DNA of 64,000 bases from Sedimentisphaerales bacterium. GTDB lineage: Bacteria > Planctomycetota > Phycisphaerae > Sedimentisphaerales > SM23-30. How positions within the stretch are numbered: the stretch's first letter is position 1; every line of letters starts with the position of its first letter. Where the stretch lies: assembly GCA_963663965.2 (NCBI GenBank), contig CAXXFK010000028.1, positions 544,001 through 608,000 on the forward strand, in the 5' to 3' direction. The position numbers and the translations under genes are program-made. Under the pieces are notes generated by a model. It was given only the letters and a program-made list of their open reading frames with translations. It was not told where the DNA came from and searched no databases. Shown here piece by piece: positions 30,299 to 40,633 of the stretch.

Positions 30299-30418
30299 AT
30301 GAAAGTAAGAAGTTCTGTAAAACGAATCTGCGAAAATTGCAAAATAGTAAAGCGAAAAGGCGTGGTGCGCGTGATTTGCAGCGCCAACCCACGTCATAAA
30401 CAGCGACAAGGTAAGTAG
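30299..30418 (+). CDS. rpmJ: 50S ribosomal protein L36 (absent from the ORF track)
   Basis: Manual translation [39 protein letters not shown]. Confidence 0.97.
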   Translation: MKVRSSVKRICENCKIVKRKGVVRVICSANPRHKQRQGK

Positions 30419-30430
30419 TGAGGACATATT

Positions 30431-30814
30431 ATGCCCCGTATTGCTGGTATAGATATACCGAACAACAAGCATATTTTAATCGCCCTGACTTATATTCAGG
30501 GAATAGGCCGTTATAACGCCCGTAAAATTCTGGAAGAGGCTCAAATCGCCGAGGCGACCAAAGCCAAAGATCTGACGGACGATGAGATCAGTAAGCTGGC
30601 CGGTATTATTGACCGTGGCTACGTGATTGAAGGTCAATTACGCCGTACCGTCGCTCAAAACATCCAGCGATTACGTGAAATTGCCTGCTATCGAGGTCTG
30701 CGGCATCGTCGCGGATTACCGGTACGCGGCCAGCGCACGCGTTCGAATGCCCGTACCCGCAAAGGTCCCCGAAAGACCGTTGCCGGCAAAAAGGGCGTTA
30801 AGGAAATGCGTTAA
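30431..30814 (+). CDS. rpsM: 30S ribosomal protein S13
   Basis: [10 protein letters not shown] and [13 protein letters not shown] motifs. Confidence 0.98.
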   Translation: MPRIAGIDIPNNKHILIALTYIQGIGRYNARKILEEAQIAEATKAKDLTDDEISKLAGIIDRGYVIEGQLRRTVAQNIQRLREIACYRGLRHRRGLPVRGQRTRSNARTRKGPRKTVAGKKGVKEMR

Positions 30815-30870
30815 TATTGAACTCTGTCAATACAACAGAATCGATCAAGATAACCTGACAGGAAATATAC

Positions 30871-31254
30871 ATGGCAAAACAAGGATCAAAAAAGCGTGTT
30901 AGACGCAATGTTGGCAAAGGGATCGTGCATATTAAAGCGACCTTCAACAACACCCTGATTACGATCACGGATATGAACGGAGAAACCCTGTGCTGGGATT
31001 CCGCCGGGACCATTGGATTCAAGGGATCACGTAAAAGCACCCCCTTTGCCGCCCAGCGGGCCAGCGAGAAATGCGCGAATACCGCCAAGAAATTCGGCGT
31101 CTCTGAAGTAGAAGTCCGAGTCAAAGGTGGCGGTTCCGGCAGAGAGTCAGCCATTACGGCGCTGCAATCCGCCGGCATCCGTATCGTATCGATTGAAGAC
31201 GTAACCCCGTTGCCGCACAATGGATGTCGTCCGGCAAAGCGTCGCCGTGTATAA
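30871..31254 (+). CDS. rpsK: 30S ribosomal protein S11
   Basis: [14 protein letters not shown] and [12 protein letters not shown] motifs. Confidence 0.98.
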   Translation: MAKQGSKKRVRRNVGKGIVHIKATFNNTLITITDMNGETLCWDSAGTIGFKGSRKSTPFAAQRASEKCANTAKKFGVSEVEVRVKGGGSGRESAITALQSAGIRIVSIEDVTPLPHNGCRPAKRRRV

Positions 31255-31337
31255 GCAGCCTGGCTTGACAGGTCTAGACGATATCTGTACTTAAATCAGA
31301 AAAAATGTAATTATATACAGGAGCAAGATAAAACGAA

Positions 31338-31970
31338 ATGGCTAGAGATCTTGGACCCGTTTGTCGTATGTGCCGTCGTGAAAGCATGAAGCTCTTTTTA
31401 AAGGGTGACCGCTGCGAAACGGCCAAATGTCCGATCGAGAAACAGAATCGGAATAAGCCCCCAGGGATGCATTCCTGGCGTCGCGGGCGTGGAAGCGATT
31501 ATTCCCTTCGTCTACGTGAAAAGCAAAAAGTCAAACGTTATTACGGTGTACTGGAAAAGCAATTCCGTATCTATTTCCGCAAGGCGGAACGCGGGTATGG
31601 CAATACCGGCGAACAGTTGCTGATCCTGTTGGAACGTCGACTTGATAACGTGGTTTATAAGTTAAATTTTGCCGTCTCTCGTCGCAAGGCGCGTCAGCTG
31701 ATAGCTCATGGTCACATTTGTGTCAATGGCCATAAGGTTGATATTGCCAGTTATTTAGTCAATCAAGGCGATAAAATTACGGTGAGTGACAACGAAAAAA
31801 CCAAAAAGATGGTCAAAGAATATCTGGATTCCGAAGCCGGAGCGGCCGTGCAGTCCTGGCTGCAGGTTGAGGCCGCCAAGTTGGAAGGCACGATCGCCGC
31901 TTTGCCAGGTCGTGAGGATGTTCAGATCCCCATCGAAGAACAGTACATTGTAGAATTGTGTTCTAAATAA
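31338..31970 (+). CDS. rpsD: 30S ribosomal protein S4
   Basis: CRMCRRE, LREKQKVKRYYG and LERRLDNVVY motifs. Confidence 0.98.
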   Translation: MARDLGPVCRMCRRESMKLFLKGDRCETAKCPIEKQNRNKPPGMHSWRRGRGSDYSLRLREKQKVKRYYGVLEKQFRIYFRKAERGYGNTGEQLLILLERRLDNVVYKLNFAVSRRKARQLIAHGHICVNGHKVDIASYLVNQGDKITVSDNEKTKKMVKEYLDSEAGAAVQSWLQVEAAKLEGTIAALPGREDVQIPIEEQYIVELCSK

Positions 31971-32132
31971 CCGTTATTAAGCGAAAAATCGTAACAATGA
32001 TACCCGTTCTTGTTTTTTAAGGTAAAAAACAGACGGTATCGGAAATCATCGTTAACAATCGATAGGAATCTGGCAATGGCCTTATTGAGCCGGATTGTCT
32101 GATGAGGTTAACGATCATGGAGGCCTGTAACA

Positions 32133-33127
32133 ATGCGAATCAGATGGCGTGGCTTAGAATTACCGACGCGCGTACAATTAGATAACGATGTATCGAATGA
32201 AACCTATGGCCGCATTTATATCGAACCGTTCGAGCGCGGGTTTGGTATTACGATCGGCAATAGCCTTCGGCGAATTCTGCTTTCCTCTTTGGAAGGCAGC
32301 GCCGTCACTTTAATCAAGCTGGCGGGCGCCAATCATGAATTTACTTCGATACCCGGAGTTATGGAAGATGTATCGGATATCGTTTTGAATATCAAGTCCC
32401 TGGTGGTTCGCCAGGACAGCGATGAGCCCAAAACGATGAAAATTGAAAAAAGAGGCGTTGGAATCGTGACGGCAGGCGACATTCAGGCTGATCCGGCGAT
32501 TACGGTGATCAATCCGAATCATAAGATCGCGACGTTAACCGATGATGTGACGTTCTCTCTGGAAATGACGGTTGAAAAAGGCCGTGGCTATGTGCCTGCC
32601 AGTGAAGAAGCAAAGAAAGATGATCCCCTGGCGATTCCGGTCGATGCGATTTTCTCGCCGGTAGTCCGGGTTCGATATAAAACAGAAGAAACCCGCGTGG
32701 GCCAGTCGATCAACTACGACCGTCTGGTCATGGAAGTCTGGACCGATGGTACCATCAGTCCGGAAATGGCTTTGGTGGAATCTGGCAAGATTCTGCGTAA
32801 GCATCTGGGTGTGTTTGTCAGTTACTTTGAAACCGGCAAAAATGTCGCAGAAGAAAACCGGTTGAGATTGAATCCGCACCCGTACAGGAAACCGATGAAG
32901 AACTCAGTCGTAAACTGGCTATGCCGATCAGCGAACTGGATCTGTCGGTTCGCGCCGCCAATTGTCTGGAAATGGCCAAGTTTGAGACCGTTGGCCAGTT
33001 AGTTCAGATTGATGAGAGCCAGTTGCTGGCGCTTCGCAGTTTCGGTAAAACCAGCTTGCGTGAAGTGAAGCGCAAACTTTCCGATCTGGGATTATCGCTG
33101 GGCATGAAAACCGACGGCTCCGATTAA
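32133..33127 (+). CDS. rpoA: RNA polymerase alpha subunit with an apparent single-base frameshift near 32854-32857
   Basis: NTD in 32133..33002 (EPFERGFGITIGNSLRRILLSS); CTD in 32921..33127 (ELDLSVRAANCL, SFGKTSLREV); adding one A joins them. Confidence 0.93.
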
Positions 33128-33219
33128 TCCGATTCGAAATTGCCGATCCAGGCGTCGATAAAATGGGGCGCCGATTTTCATAGATTGTAATTGTTTCACG
33201 AATTTTAAAAGGATAAAAT

Positions 33220-33777
33220 ATGCGTCATCAAGTTGCAGGAAAACACCTGGGCCGTACCAGCGCACACCGCAAGGCATTGAAGCGGAATTTAGCTGCGTCG
33301 TTGTTCGAACATGGTCGGATTGTTACGACATTGCCCAAGGCCAAGTTTGTTCGTCCCTTCGCTGAAAAACTCATCACTTTGGCAAAAAAAGGTGATCTAC
33401 ATGCCAGACGCCGGGCAATTGCGTTACTGCAGGATCGTAATATCTGTCGTGATGAAAATGGCGTTGGAGTCAAAGAGACCACAGTGATTAACCGGTTATT
33501 TTCGGAAATTGCGCCCAAATTCGCGGATCGAAACGGCGGCTATACCCGGATTATCCGGATGCCGATTCGCCGGATTGGAGATAATGGCCAGCAAGCCATG
33601 CTGCAATTAATTGACGGACCGGTAAAACCCAAACAAAAATCGGCCAAAGGCAAGGGCGCTGCTGAGACAAAACCGAACACTGAACCCGAACAACCAGCCG
33701 AAGAAGTTGTTGAACAGGCGGAAGAATCAGCCGCGCAGGAAAGTCAACCCGATACCGAAGCCGAAGATAAACAATAA
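33220..33777 (+). CDS. rplQ: 50S ribosomal protein L17 with acidic C-terminal tail
   Basis: MRHQVAGKHLGRTSAHR and RNGGYTRI motifs. Confidence 0.97.
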   Translation: MRHQVAGKHLGRTSAHRKALKRNLAASLFEHGRIVTTLPKAKFVRPFAEKLITLAKKGDLHARRRAIALLQDRNICRDENGVGVKETTVINRLFSEIAPKFADRNGGYTRIIRMPIRRIGDNGQQAMLQLIDGPVKPKQKSAKGKGAAETKPNTEPEQPAEEVVEQAEESAAQESQPDTEAEDKQ

Positions 33778-33877
33778 TTTTTATCTTGCATCGAAATATT
33801 TCAACGGATTATCATATTGATAGTCCGTTTTTTTTTGGAAAAATCAGAAATAATTTTCTAGCCCGAAGGACGCGAAC

Positions 33878-34294
33878 ATGACTTCGTCTTGTATATTCTG
33901 TAAAATCGTCGACGGTCGGATTCCCTGTTATCAGGTATATGAAGATGTGGAAACGCTGGCTTTTCTGGATATTCATCCCTGGAGTCTGGGTCATACTCTG
34001 ATAATTCCGAAAAAGCATTTTGCCACGCTGGATGTGTGTCCGCCGAAAACGATGGCGGCGATAGCCCGGGCCATGCCAAAAATTGCCCAGGCAATCATGG
34101 CTGCGACTGAAACGACCGCATTTAATGTATTAAATAATAACCGGCGGGAAGCCGGGCAATTAGTGGATCATATTCATTTTCATATTGTTCCCCGGGTGGC
34201 TGATGATCGCATTTTCAGTCATGGTCCGCAAGGGGAATACGCGGAAAATCAGGCAGAAGCACTGGCACGGGCGATTCAGGCCGGTATCAAATAA
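33878..34294 (+). CDS. HIT family nucleotide hydrolase
   Basis: CIFCKIV, GHTLIIPKKH and HIHFHIVPR motifs. Confidence 0.92.
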   Translation: MTSSCIFCKIVDGRIPCYQVYEDVETLAFLDIHPWSLGHTLIIPKKHFATLDVCPPKTMAAIARAMPKIAQAIMAATETTAFNVLNNNRREAGQLVDHIHFHIVPRVADDRIFSHGPQGEYAENQAEALARAIQAGIK

Positions 34295-34308
34295 ACTATT
34301 GAACTCTA

Positions 34309-34731
34309 TCAGATCGGATTGTTTCCCTCCGGCCGCAGTAAGTCGGGTAACGGCTGTAATCGTCCCGTCATATCCACATGAACCAGTTCTGTGCGTCCTT
34401 CGGCGATGATGCGTTTATCGGAAATGCGTTTAATGGTATAGAGGTGTTCCAGGCGGACCCGGTCGATTTTTCCGGTTTGGGTGTGGATAATCAGTTCATC
34501 GTCATAACGAGCCGGCGCCCGGAATCGACAGTCCAGGCGGGCGACGACCAGAATAAAGCCATTGTCTTCCAACGTTTTATAATCGTATCCATTTACCCGC
34601 AGCAGTTCGGTGCGGCCCATCTCGAAATAGCGACTGTAAACACTGTGGTGGACCGCGTTTTGCCGATCGACTTCGTAATACCGTACCCGTACGGGCGTCT
34701 CACATTCTGTGATATTGCAATATCCTGCCAT
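34309..34731 (-). CDS. 4HBT/YbgC-like acyl-CoA thioesterase
   Basis: VRVRYYEVD..VHHSVY..YFEMGRTE and PARYDDEL motifs. Confidence 0.88.
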   Translation of the reverse strand: MAGYCNITECETPVRVRYYEVDRQNAVHHSVYSRYFEMGRTELLRVNGYDYKTLEDNGFILVVARLDCRFRAPARYDDELIIHTQTGKIDRVRLEHLYTIKRISDKRIIAEGRTELVHVDMTGRLQPLPDLLRPEGNNPI

Positions 34732-34855
34732 CTGAATAAATACCAATTTGGAAAAAGTTTCTGGAAATTATACGATAATCTGTCAGTAATCTACTATAAT
34801 CGATGAAAATTGCGCTGAAAAGAGTTTTCTCAATTTTGTTAAATTAAAAGAAGTT

Positions 34856-35425
34856 ATGAGCTGGCTTACTGTGATATTAATTGCATTTGCCCTGGCGATG
34901 GACGCCTTTGCGGTGGCGATCAGCGCCGGCGTAACGTTGCCGCGATTGACCGGACGGGCCATTTTTCGACTGGGATTTCATTTCGGGCTATTTCAATTTA
35001 TGATGCCGATTCTGGGCTGGTTTGCCGGTTTGACGATTGAAAGTTATATCAAGGCAATCGATCACTGGATCGCGTTTGGTTTACTGAGTTTTATTGGCGG
35101 GAAAATGATCTATGAGGCGTTAAGGTCGCAAGATGACGAACAGAAAAACGATCCGACGCGAGGATTAACCATGGTTATGTTGTCCGTGGCGACCAGTATC
35201 GATGCCCTGGCAATTGGTTTATCGATGGCGATGCTGGGAGTGAGAATATGGGCGCCCAGTGTGGTGATCGGGCTGGTGGCGGGAGGAATGACCGTGCTGG
35301 GGATGGTTGCCGGGCAGAAATTGGGCCGCTTGCTGGGTAATAAAATGGAATTAACCGGCGGTTTGATATTAATCGGGATAGGGGTAAAAATTCTGATAGA
35401 GGACTTATTCTTTTCAGGCGCATAA
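34856..35425 (+). CDS. mntP: Manganese efflux pump MntP family
   Basis: ALAMDAFAVA, FGLFQFMMP, DHWIAF and ATSIDALAIG motifs. Confidence 0.9.
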   Translation: MSWLTVILIAFALAMDAFAVAISAGVTLPRLTGRAIFRLGFHFGLFQFMMPILGWFAGLTIESYIKAIDHWIAFGLLSFIGGKMIYEALRSQDDEQKNDPTRGLTMVMLSVATSIDALAIGLSMAMLGVRIWAPSVVIGLVAGGMTVLGMVAGQKLGRLLGNKMELTGGLILIGIGVKILIEDLFFSGA

Positions 35426-35460
35426 AAACGGCCTCCCTTATATGGATGAGGCCGTTTCTT
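35426..35460. terminator. Probable bidirectional terminator
   Basis: AAACGGCCTC/GAGGCCGTTT stem between convergent genes. Confidence 0.7.
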
Positions 35461-35612
35461 ATTGAATGAATGGTTTCTACAAACAGGTAAGATGGAATCA
35501 GGTAACCATGTAGAAGTCTAAAAGATTCGAGTCTATACCATAGGCTCTCCTTTCTTTACGATTTCTCAAATCTTCCAATTCGCTTTAAAGGCTCTTTCCG
35601 TGAGGATATCAA

Positions 35613-36131
35613 TCAGGCCACGGATAACTTTTTATCGCCATCACATTTGCCGTCACCTTTCTTCTTTCCGCAAGCAATCATGGTGGTGTCATCAGCTTTC
35701 TTGTCGCCGCCGCATTTGCCATCGCCTTTCTTTTTTCCGCAAGCAATCATGTTGGTGTCATCAGCTTTCTTGTCGCCGCCACATTTGCCGTCACCTTTCT
35801 TTTTGCCGCAAGAGACTTCATTAGAACTTGCCGCAGTTTCATCTTTACACTTGCCACAGCATTCTTTGTCCGCTTCTTTACAGGTACCGCAACATTTGCC
35901 GGCGCCTTCTTCGCAACTTCCACTACATGCAGCTTCCTTATCACTACAGGTCTTTTCACTCTGGCAGGTGCCACAACTACTTGCTTCTCCACTGCATGTC
36001 TGAGAAGATTTCGCTGCACAGGTTGCATCCGAACCGCTGGAGCAGGTTGCGTTATTGTTACCGGTCATGCCAACGGCGAAAACCAGAGCCGCCAAAGCTA
36101 CGATCGCAAAAACAGTCCAATATCTTTTCAT
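35613..36131 (-). CDS. Secreted Cys-rich low-complexity protein with GKCG repeats
   Basis: Signal peptide, 20 Cys in 172 aa, three CGKKKGDGKC(G/D)GDKK units; AGGAG RBS. Confidence 0.75.
   Translation of the reverse strand: MKRYWTVFAIVALAALVFAVGMTGNNNATCSSGSDATCAAKSSQTCSGEASSCGTCQSEKTCSDKEAACSGSCEEGAGKCCGTCKEADKECCGKCKDETAASSNEVSCGKKKGDGKCGGDKKADDTNMIACGKKKGDGKCGGDKKADDTTMIACGKKKGDGKCDGDKKLSVA
35628..35810 (-). repeat. Intragenic 69-bp tandem repeat (about 2.7 copies)
   Basis: 23-aa unit CGKKKGDGKCGGDKKADDT(N/T)MIA. Confidence 0.85.
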
Positions 36132-36421
36132 GACTAACTCCTTGAGTATTTAAAAGGTTAAATTGTCAAATAAATCATCAACTAGAGGATTATAAAGGGC
36201 AAAATTAAAGGGAAGAGGCCCATGATAAAATCTGATTCAATTTTCTAATCGCTATATTTTGTAACTACTTTCAATTTAATATGATAGAAGTTTTAAGAAG
36301 TTCGAAAAAAATATGAGTTTACCGTTTTTTTACATTTTTTCGTGTCAGAATTCGATGCATGGAATACAATTTCAGGCAATGAAAATGCCCAATAACCTCT
36401 TTTTAATCAACGAGTTGTGAA

Positions 36422-38275
36422 ATGTCGCACAGTCATAAAAGGCAGACTAGTTCATCAGTACGCCGGATCGAATTGCTGGCGCCGGCACGAGATCTGGCCG
36501 GTGGTCAGGCGGCGATTTTATGCGGCGCTGACGCGGTGTATGTTGGGGCGAGCGCGTTCAGCGCGCGGGAGGCGGCGGGAAATTCGATGGAAGATATTGA
36601 GCGACTGGTGGCGTTCGCACATCCTTATTATGCAAGGGTGTATCTGGCGATGAATACGTTGTTATTCGATCAGGAATTGGAGCCGGCGCGTGAGATTGCC
36701 TGGGCAGCGTATGAGGCCGGGGTGGATGGCTTGATTATTCAGGATATGGGGTTGCTGGAGTTGGCGTTGCCGCCGCTGGCGTTGATTGCCAGCACCCAGA
36801 CGCATAACCATTCGCCGGAACGGGTGGCGTTTCTGGAGTCGGTTGGGTTTTGCCGGGCGATACTGGCGCGGGAATTGACCATCGAGCAGATTTGTGAAAT
36901 TAGCGCGCAGACCGGGATCGAGTTGGAGTGTTTTATCCATGGGGCGTTATGTGTCGGGACCAGCGGGCAGTGTTATATGAGTTATGTGCTGGGCGGGCGC
37001 AGTGGGAATCGCGGGCAGTGCGCCCAGCCTTGTCGCCGGGAATATTCGTTGGAAGACGATCATGGTAAAGTGGTGGGTGACAAACGGTATTGGCTTTCTT
37101 TGAAGGATTTGAATTTATCGAGCCATCTGGGGCAGTTGCTGGATGCCGGGGTGAGTTCTTTTAAGATTGAAGGGCGCTTAAAAGATACGGCTTATGTGGC
37201 AAATGTGACGGGGTATTACCGGCGCGCGCTGGATGTGGCGCTGGCTGAGCGGGGGATGCGGAAAAGTTCGTCTGGACGGGTAGAACTGTGTTTTGAACCG
37301 GATCTGGCCAAGACATTCAATCGTGGTTACAGCGAGTATGGGATCGATGGCCTGCGAAAAGGCTGGGGAGCGATCCATTCGCCCAAATCGATTGGTGAAT
37401 TTATGGGGGTGGTCAAAGAGGCGCGGGGCCGGAGCTTCAGGCTGGATCGAAAGGCGGATTTGCATAATGGGGATGGGATCTGTTACTGGAACCGGGACCG
37501 GCAGTTGGATGGGACGAATGTAAATCGGGTGGAGGGTGATTGGGTGACCCCGGCGGAGAGTAAGGGGATTATGGCAGGGCAGGAAATCTATCGGAATTAC
37601 AATCATGAATTCGAGAAGCATTTCAAAACGTCGCCTGCCAGTCGAAAGGTGTCAGTTGAATTGACGTTGACGCGGACAGATACGGGAGTGACGCTGGCGG
37701 GCGAGGATGAAGAGGGGAACCGGGCGGAGGTGGCTTTGGAGATGGCGCTGGAGCCGGCCCGTCAACCGGAGGCGGCGTTGAAAACGATCCAGACGCAATT
37801 GAAGAAGCTGGGCAATACACTATTTGAATGCCAATTGCTGACGGTGCGGATGGAGCCGGTCTGTTTTTTCGCGGTGAGTGTTTTGAACCAGCTGAAGCGG
37901 GACTGGGTGGAGCGGATGCTGGCGGCGCGGCTGGGGGCTTACCCCAGGCTGGAGGGGAAAACGGTTAAGAGCGAGGCACCGTATCCGGAAAAGCGGTTGA
38001 GCTTTCGGGGTAATGTGATTAATCAGAAGGCGCTGGCGTTTTATCGCCGGTGTGGGGTGGAAACGATTGACGCGGGGGCTGAGACAGGGGAGGATCTGCA
38101 TGGGCAGGTGGTGATGACAACCAAGTATTGTATTCTGCATGAGATGGGGCGTTGTGGCGGGCAACGAGTGGAGCCGGCGGAGCCGATGATACTGCGGGAT
38201 GAGGCGGGGCAGACGTTTCGGGTCTGTTTCCGGTGCGGGGAGTGTGGGATGGATATTTACTGGAAGGAGGGGTGA
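36422..38275 (+). CDS. U32 peptidase family protein with DUF3656-like domain (RlhA-like RNA hydroxylase)
   Basis: ELLAPA, GADAVY, ECFIHGALC..SGQC, NRGQCAQPCR and KIEGR motifs. Confidence 0.88.
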   Translation: MSHSHKRQTSSSVRRIELLAPARDLAGGQAAILCGADAVYVGASAFSAREAAGNSMEDIERLVAFAHPYYARVYLAMNTLLFDQELEPAREIAWAAYEAGVDGLIIQDMGLLELALPPLALIASTQTHNHSPERVAFLESVGFCRAILARELTIEQICEISAQTGIELECFIHGALCVGTSGQCYMSYVLGGRSGNRGQCAQPCRREYSLEDDHGKVVGDKRYWLSLKDLNLSSHLGQLLDAGVSSFKIEGRLKDTAYVANVTGYYRRALDVALAERGMRKSSSGRVELCFEPDLAKTFNRGYSEYGIDGLRKGWGAIHSPKSIGEFMGVVKEARGRSFRLDRKADLHNGDGICYWNRDRQLDGTNVNRVEGDWVTPAESKGIMAGQEIYRNYNHEFEKHFKTSPASRKVSVELTLTRTDTGVTLAGEDEEGNRAEVALEMALEPARQPEAALKTIQTQLKKLGNTLFECQLLTVRMEPVCFFAVSVLNQLKRDWVERMLAARLGAYPRLEGKTVKSEAPYPEKRLSFRGNVINQKALAFYRRCGVETIDAGAETGEDLHGQVVMTTKYCILHEMGRCGGQRVEPAEPMILRDEAGQTFRVCFRCGECGMDIYWKEG

Positions 38276-38415
38276 GTGGTGGGCGGCTTGGTTGTGTGAC
38301 GTAACTTATTGAATGGTAATGTATTATGGTTGATTTGGCTGAGTTTGGGTTCGTTTCGTTTTGGTTCTGGCTCGTGGGAGAATTCTATTGGGTGCAATCG
38401 GCGGGATAAGAACAG

Positions 38416-38448
38416 AAAAGGCTCTCCCTCGAAAGGAAGAGCCTTTTT
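38416..38448. terminator. Probable bidirectional terminator
   Basis: AAAAGGCTCT/AGAGCCTTTTT stem between convergent genes. Confidence 0.7.
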
Positions 38449-38490
38449 GATGTTTTTTCGATACCTGAAGATCGATTCTGTTATCGTTAA

Positions 38491-39174
38491 CTATTTGCGC
38501 TTCCGCATTAACAGTCCGCCCAGTCCCAGCAGAGCCAGGGTGGCCGGTTCCGGAACGATATGGACGTTGTCCAATACCGGCCATGGATCGGCGCCTACTT
38601 CTGGCAAATAGTTGTTGAAACGCAGGAAGATTTCGTCTCCGGCGTTGGCTCCGGAAAGATCCAGCGTCACAACGACTGGGAAAATCTCACCATCCGTGCC
38701 CAGGGCAATATAGTCATAGGATGCAGAATCGAGCAGGGTGACACCGGCGGCGCCGCGTACATCGAGTAAATCATCGGCAATAAATGTGCCATCGCTGGCA
38801 AAGGCAGCTACGGTCAGGGCATCATGCCGGCCAGCGGCTACGTCATCGGGGCAACCCCAATCGAAGCCGATCATAATCGAAGACTCGCCGGCTGAGGTTC
38901 CGATACTCTGGTAGAGGTATGAACCGGCCAGGGGATCCCCATCCACCGTATCCCATGAACAAAATACCACGACATTGGTTCCGTTTGGGGTGATCGAGCT
39001 GGCGTTGGTTTGCCAGGCATCTTCCCAAAATCCGGTGGTGTTGTTGTCATACCAGCCGGTGACGTCAGTAATATTTTCTCCACCGCCGGTTTCAAAGTCG
39101 CCGTTGGTAATTGTCATGGCGTTCGCCAGCGAAGCCAGGACAACACACAAAGAAAACAAAAATGCTTTTTTCAT
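38491..39174 (-). CDS. PEP-CTERM sorting domain surface protein
   Basis: Signal peptide, NGDFE start and C-terminal VPEPATLALLGLGGLLMRKRK. Confidence 0.92.
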   Translation of the reverse strand: MKKAFLFSLCVVLASLANAMTITNGDFETGGGENITDVTGWYDNNTTGFWEDAWQTNASSITPNGTNVVVFCSWDTVDGDPLAGSYLYQSIGTSAGESSIMIGFDWGCPDDVAAGRHDALTVAAFASDGTFIADDLLDVRGAAGVTLLDSASYDYIALGTDGEIFPVVVTLDLSGANAGDEIFLRFNNYLPEVGADPWPVLDNVHIVPEPATLALLGLGGLLMRKRK

Positions 39175-39439
39175 CTGTCTAATCTCCACAAAGTGTAAAA
39201 CGTTTTATCGAAAGCGGTTACGAATGCCGCTCACTATGGATAAACAAACTCGTTCATCAATTTTATACGAAAGTGACCTTTAATAGAAAAGACTTGCTTT
39301 TCCAACACCTTTACGAAACTTAAAATATTGTAGCATAGTTGTCATTTCTGTTTCAACTGAAAAAACATTTTTAATTACCATAACAGCCTGGGCTGTTTTA
39401 TTATGCCCCGTTGGGCTGTTTTGGGTAGCCGTTGGGTAG

Positions 39440-40150
39440 CGGATGAAATTATTATTTTGGTTAAGCTCATTTCGTTGCTGAGGTTAGGGCGATATTTTTT
39501 TATATTGGCTTTGTTTCGTTTTGTGTTGGTATTCGCTGCGCTCATGTTTGGTTTTATCTATCTCTTTTGCGAGATATCCTGTCGGTACGCCTCTGCGAGG
39601 CGTGGGTTTAAAATTTTCTAACTCTGGTTCGGGTATTCCCGCCAATGAATTGGCGGGCTATGCGCTTTTGATCTCTCCGAGATATTATTTGTATCCGCCT
39701 TGAGGCGGATGAGTTTTTATTTTTTGTTAAGCTCGATATATTGTTAGGGTTATGGCAATATTTTAACCCATTGGCTTTGTTTCGTTTTCTATTAGTATTC
39801 GCTGTGCTCATGGTTAGTTTTATCTATCTCTTTTGCGAGATATCCTGGCGGTACGCCTCTGCGAGGCGTGGGTTTAAAATTTTCTAACTCTGGTTCGGGT
39901 ATTCCCGCCAATGAATTGGCGGGCTATGCGCTTTTGATCTCTCCGAGATATTATTTGTATCCGCCTTGAGGCGGATGAGTTTTTTATTTTTTGTTAAGCT
40001 CGATATATTGTTAGGGTTATGGCAATATTTTAACCCATTGGCTTTGTTTCGTTTTCTATTAGTATTCGCTGTGCTCATGGTTAGTTTTATCTATCTCTTT
40101 TGCGAGATATCCTGGCGGTACGCCTCTACGAGGCGTGGGTTAAAAATTTT
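39440..40150. repeat. ~266-bp tandem repeat (about 2.7 copies) containing REP-like hairpins
   Basis: GTTAAGCTC at 39460, 39726 and 39993; hairpins ACGCCTCTGCGAGGCGT, CCCGCCAATGAATTGGCGGG and ATCCGCCTTGAGGCGGAT. Confidence 0.9.
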
Positions 40151-40481
40151 CAAATTCGGGTTTGTTACCCAGGGTGGCGCTCGTCCCGATGGATCGGGAC
40201 TCGCTCTGCCCTGGGCTATTTCATGCCGGCCCGTTGGGCCGTCCGCCACGAGGCGGATGTTCTTATTTTTCTTCAAGCGCTATTCAAATTGGAACTCACA
40301 AGGCGACGCATGCACCCAGAAGCTGCGCTTTGCTACGCTTCTAGGTGGCGTGGGAGTGGCCGGTTGAGGCGGGGTATGCCGGGGACTTGCGGGTGGATTG
40401 GGGGCTGTTGGGTCGACTTTGGTATTATAGACTGTCGTTTAATTTTAGTCAAATAAAATAATTAATTAAATTTATGAAAAA

Positions 40482-40633
40482 CATAGGTCTTATAGGTCGA
40501 TATAGGTCTTATAGGGTTTTAAGGGATTATATTATAATGGGTTGTGTGAATTTATGGGGGAACATGAATTATTCACTTTGTTTTAAAGGACGGACACGGA
40601 CGGGCACAGACTGACACAGACGGGCACGGACCA
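40482..40633 (+). repeat. Two ~9-bp-period microrepeat tracts
   Basis: ATAGGTCTTATAGGTCGATATAGGTCTTATAGG and GGACGGACACGGACGGGCACAGACTGACACAGACGGGCACGGAC. Confidence 0.7.

Noticed and set aside
34747..34855. yybP-ykoY manganese riboswitch upstream of mntP
   Set aside because: Short AT-rich divergent spacer with no recognisable stems
35534..35555. Strong RBS followed by ATG on the minus strand
   Set aside because: Reads Met-Val-stop; no supportable peptide
39403..40456. Short ORFs within the 266-bp repeats
   Set aside because: By-products of the repeat; frames differ between copies
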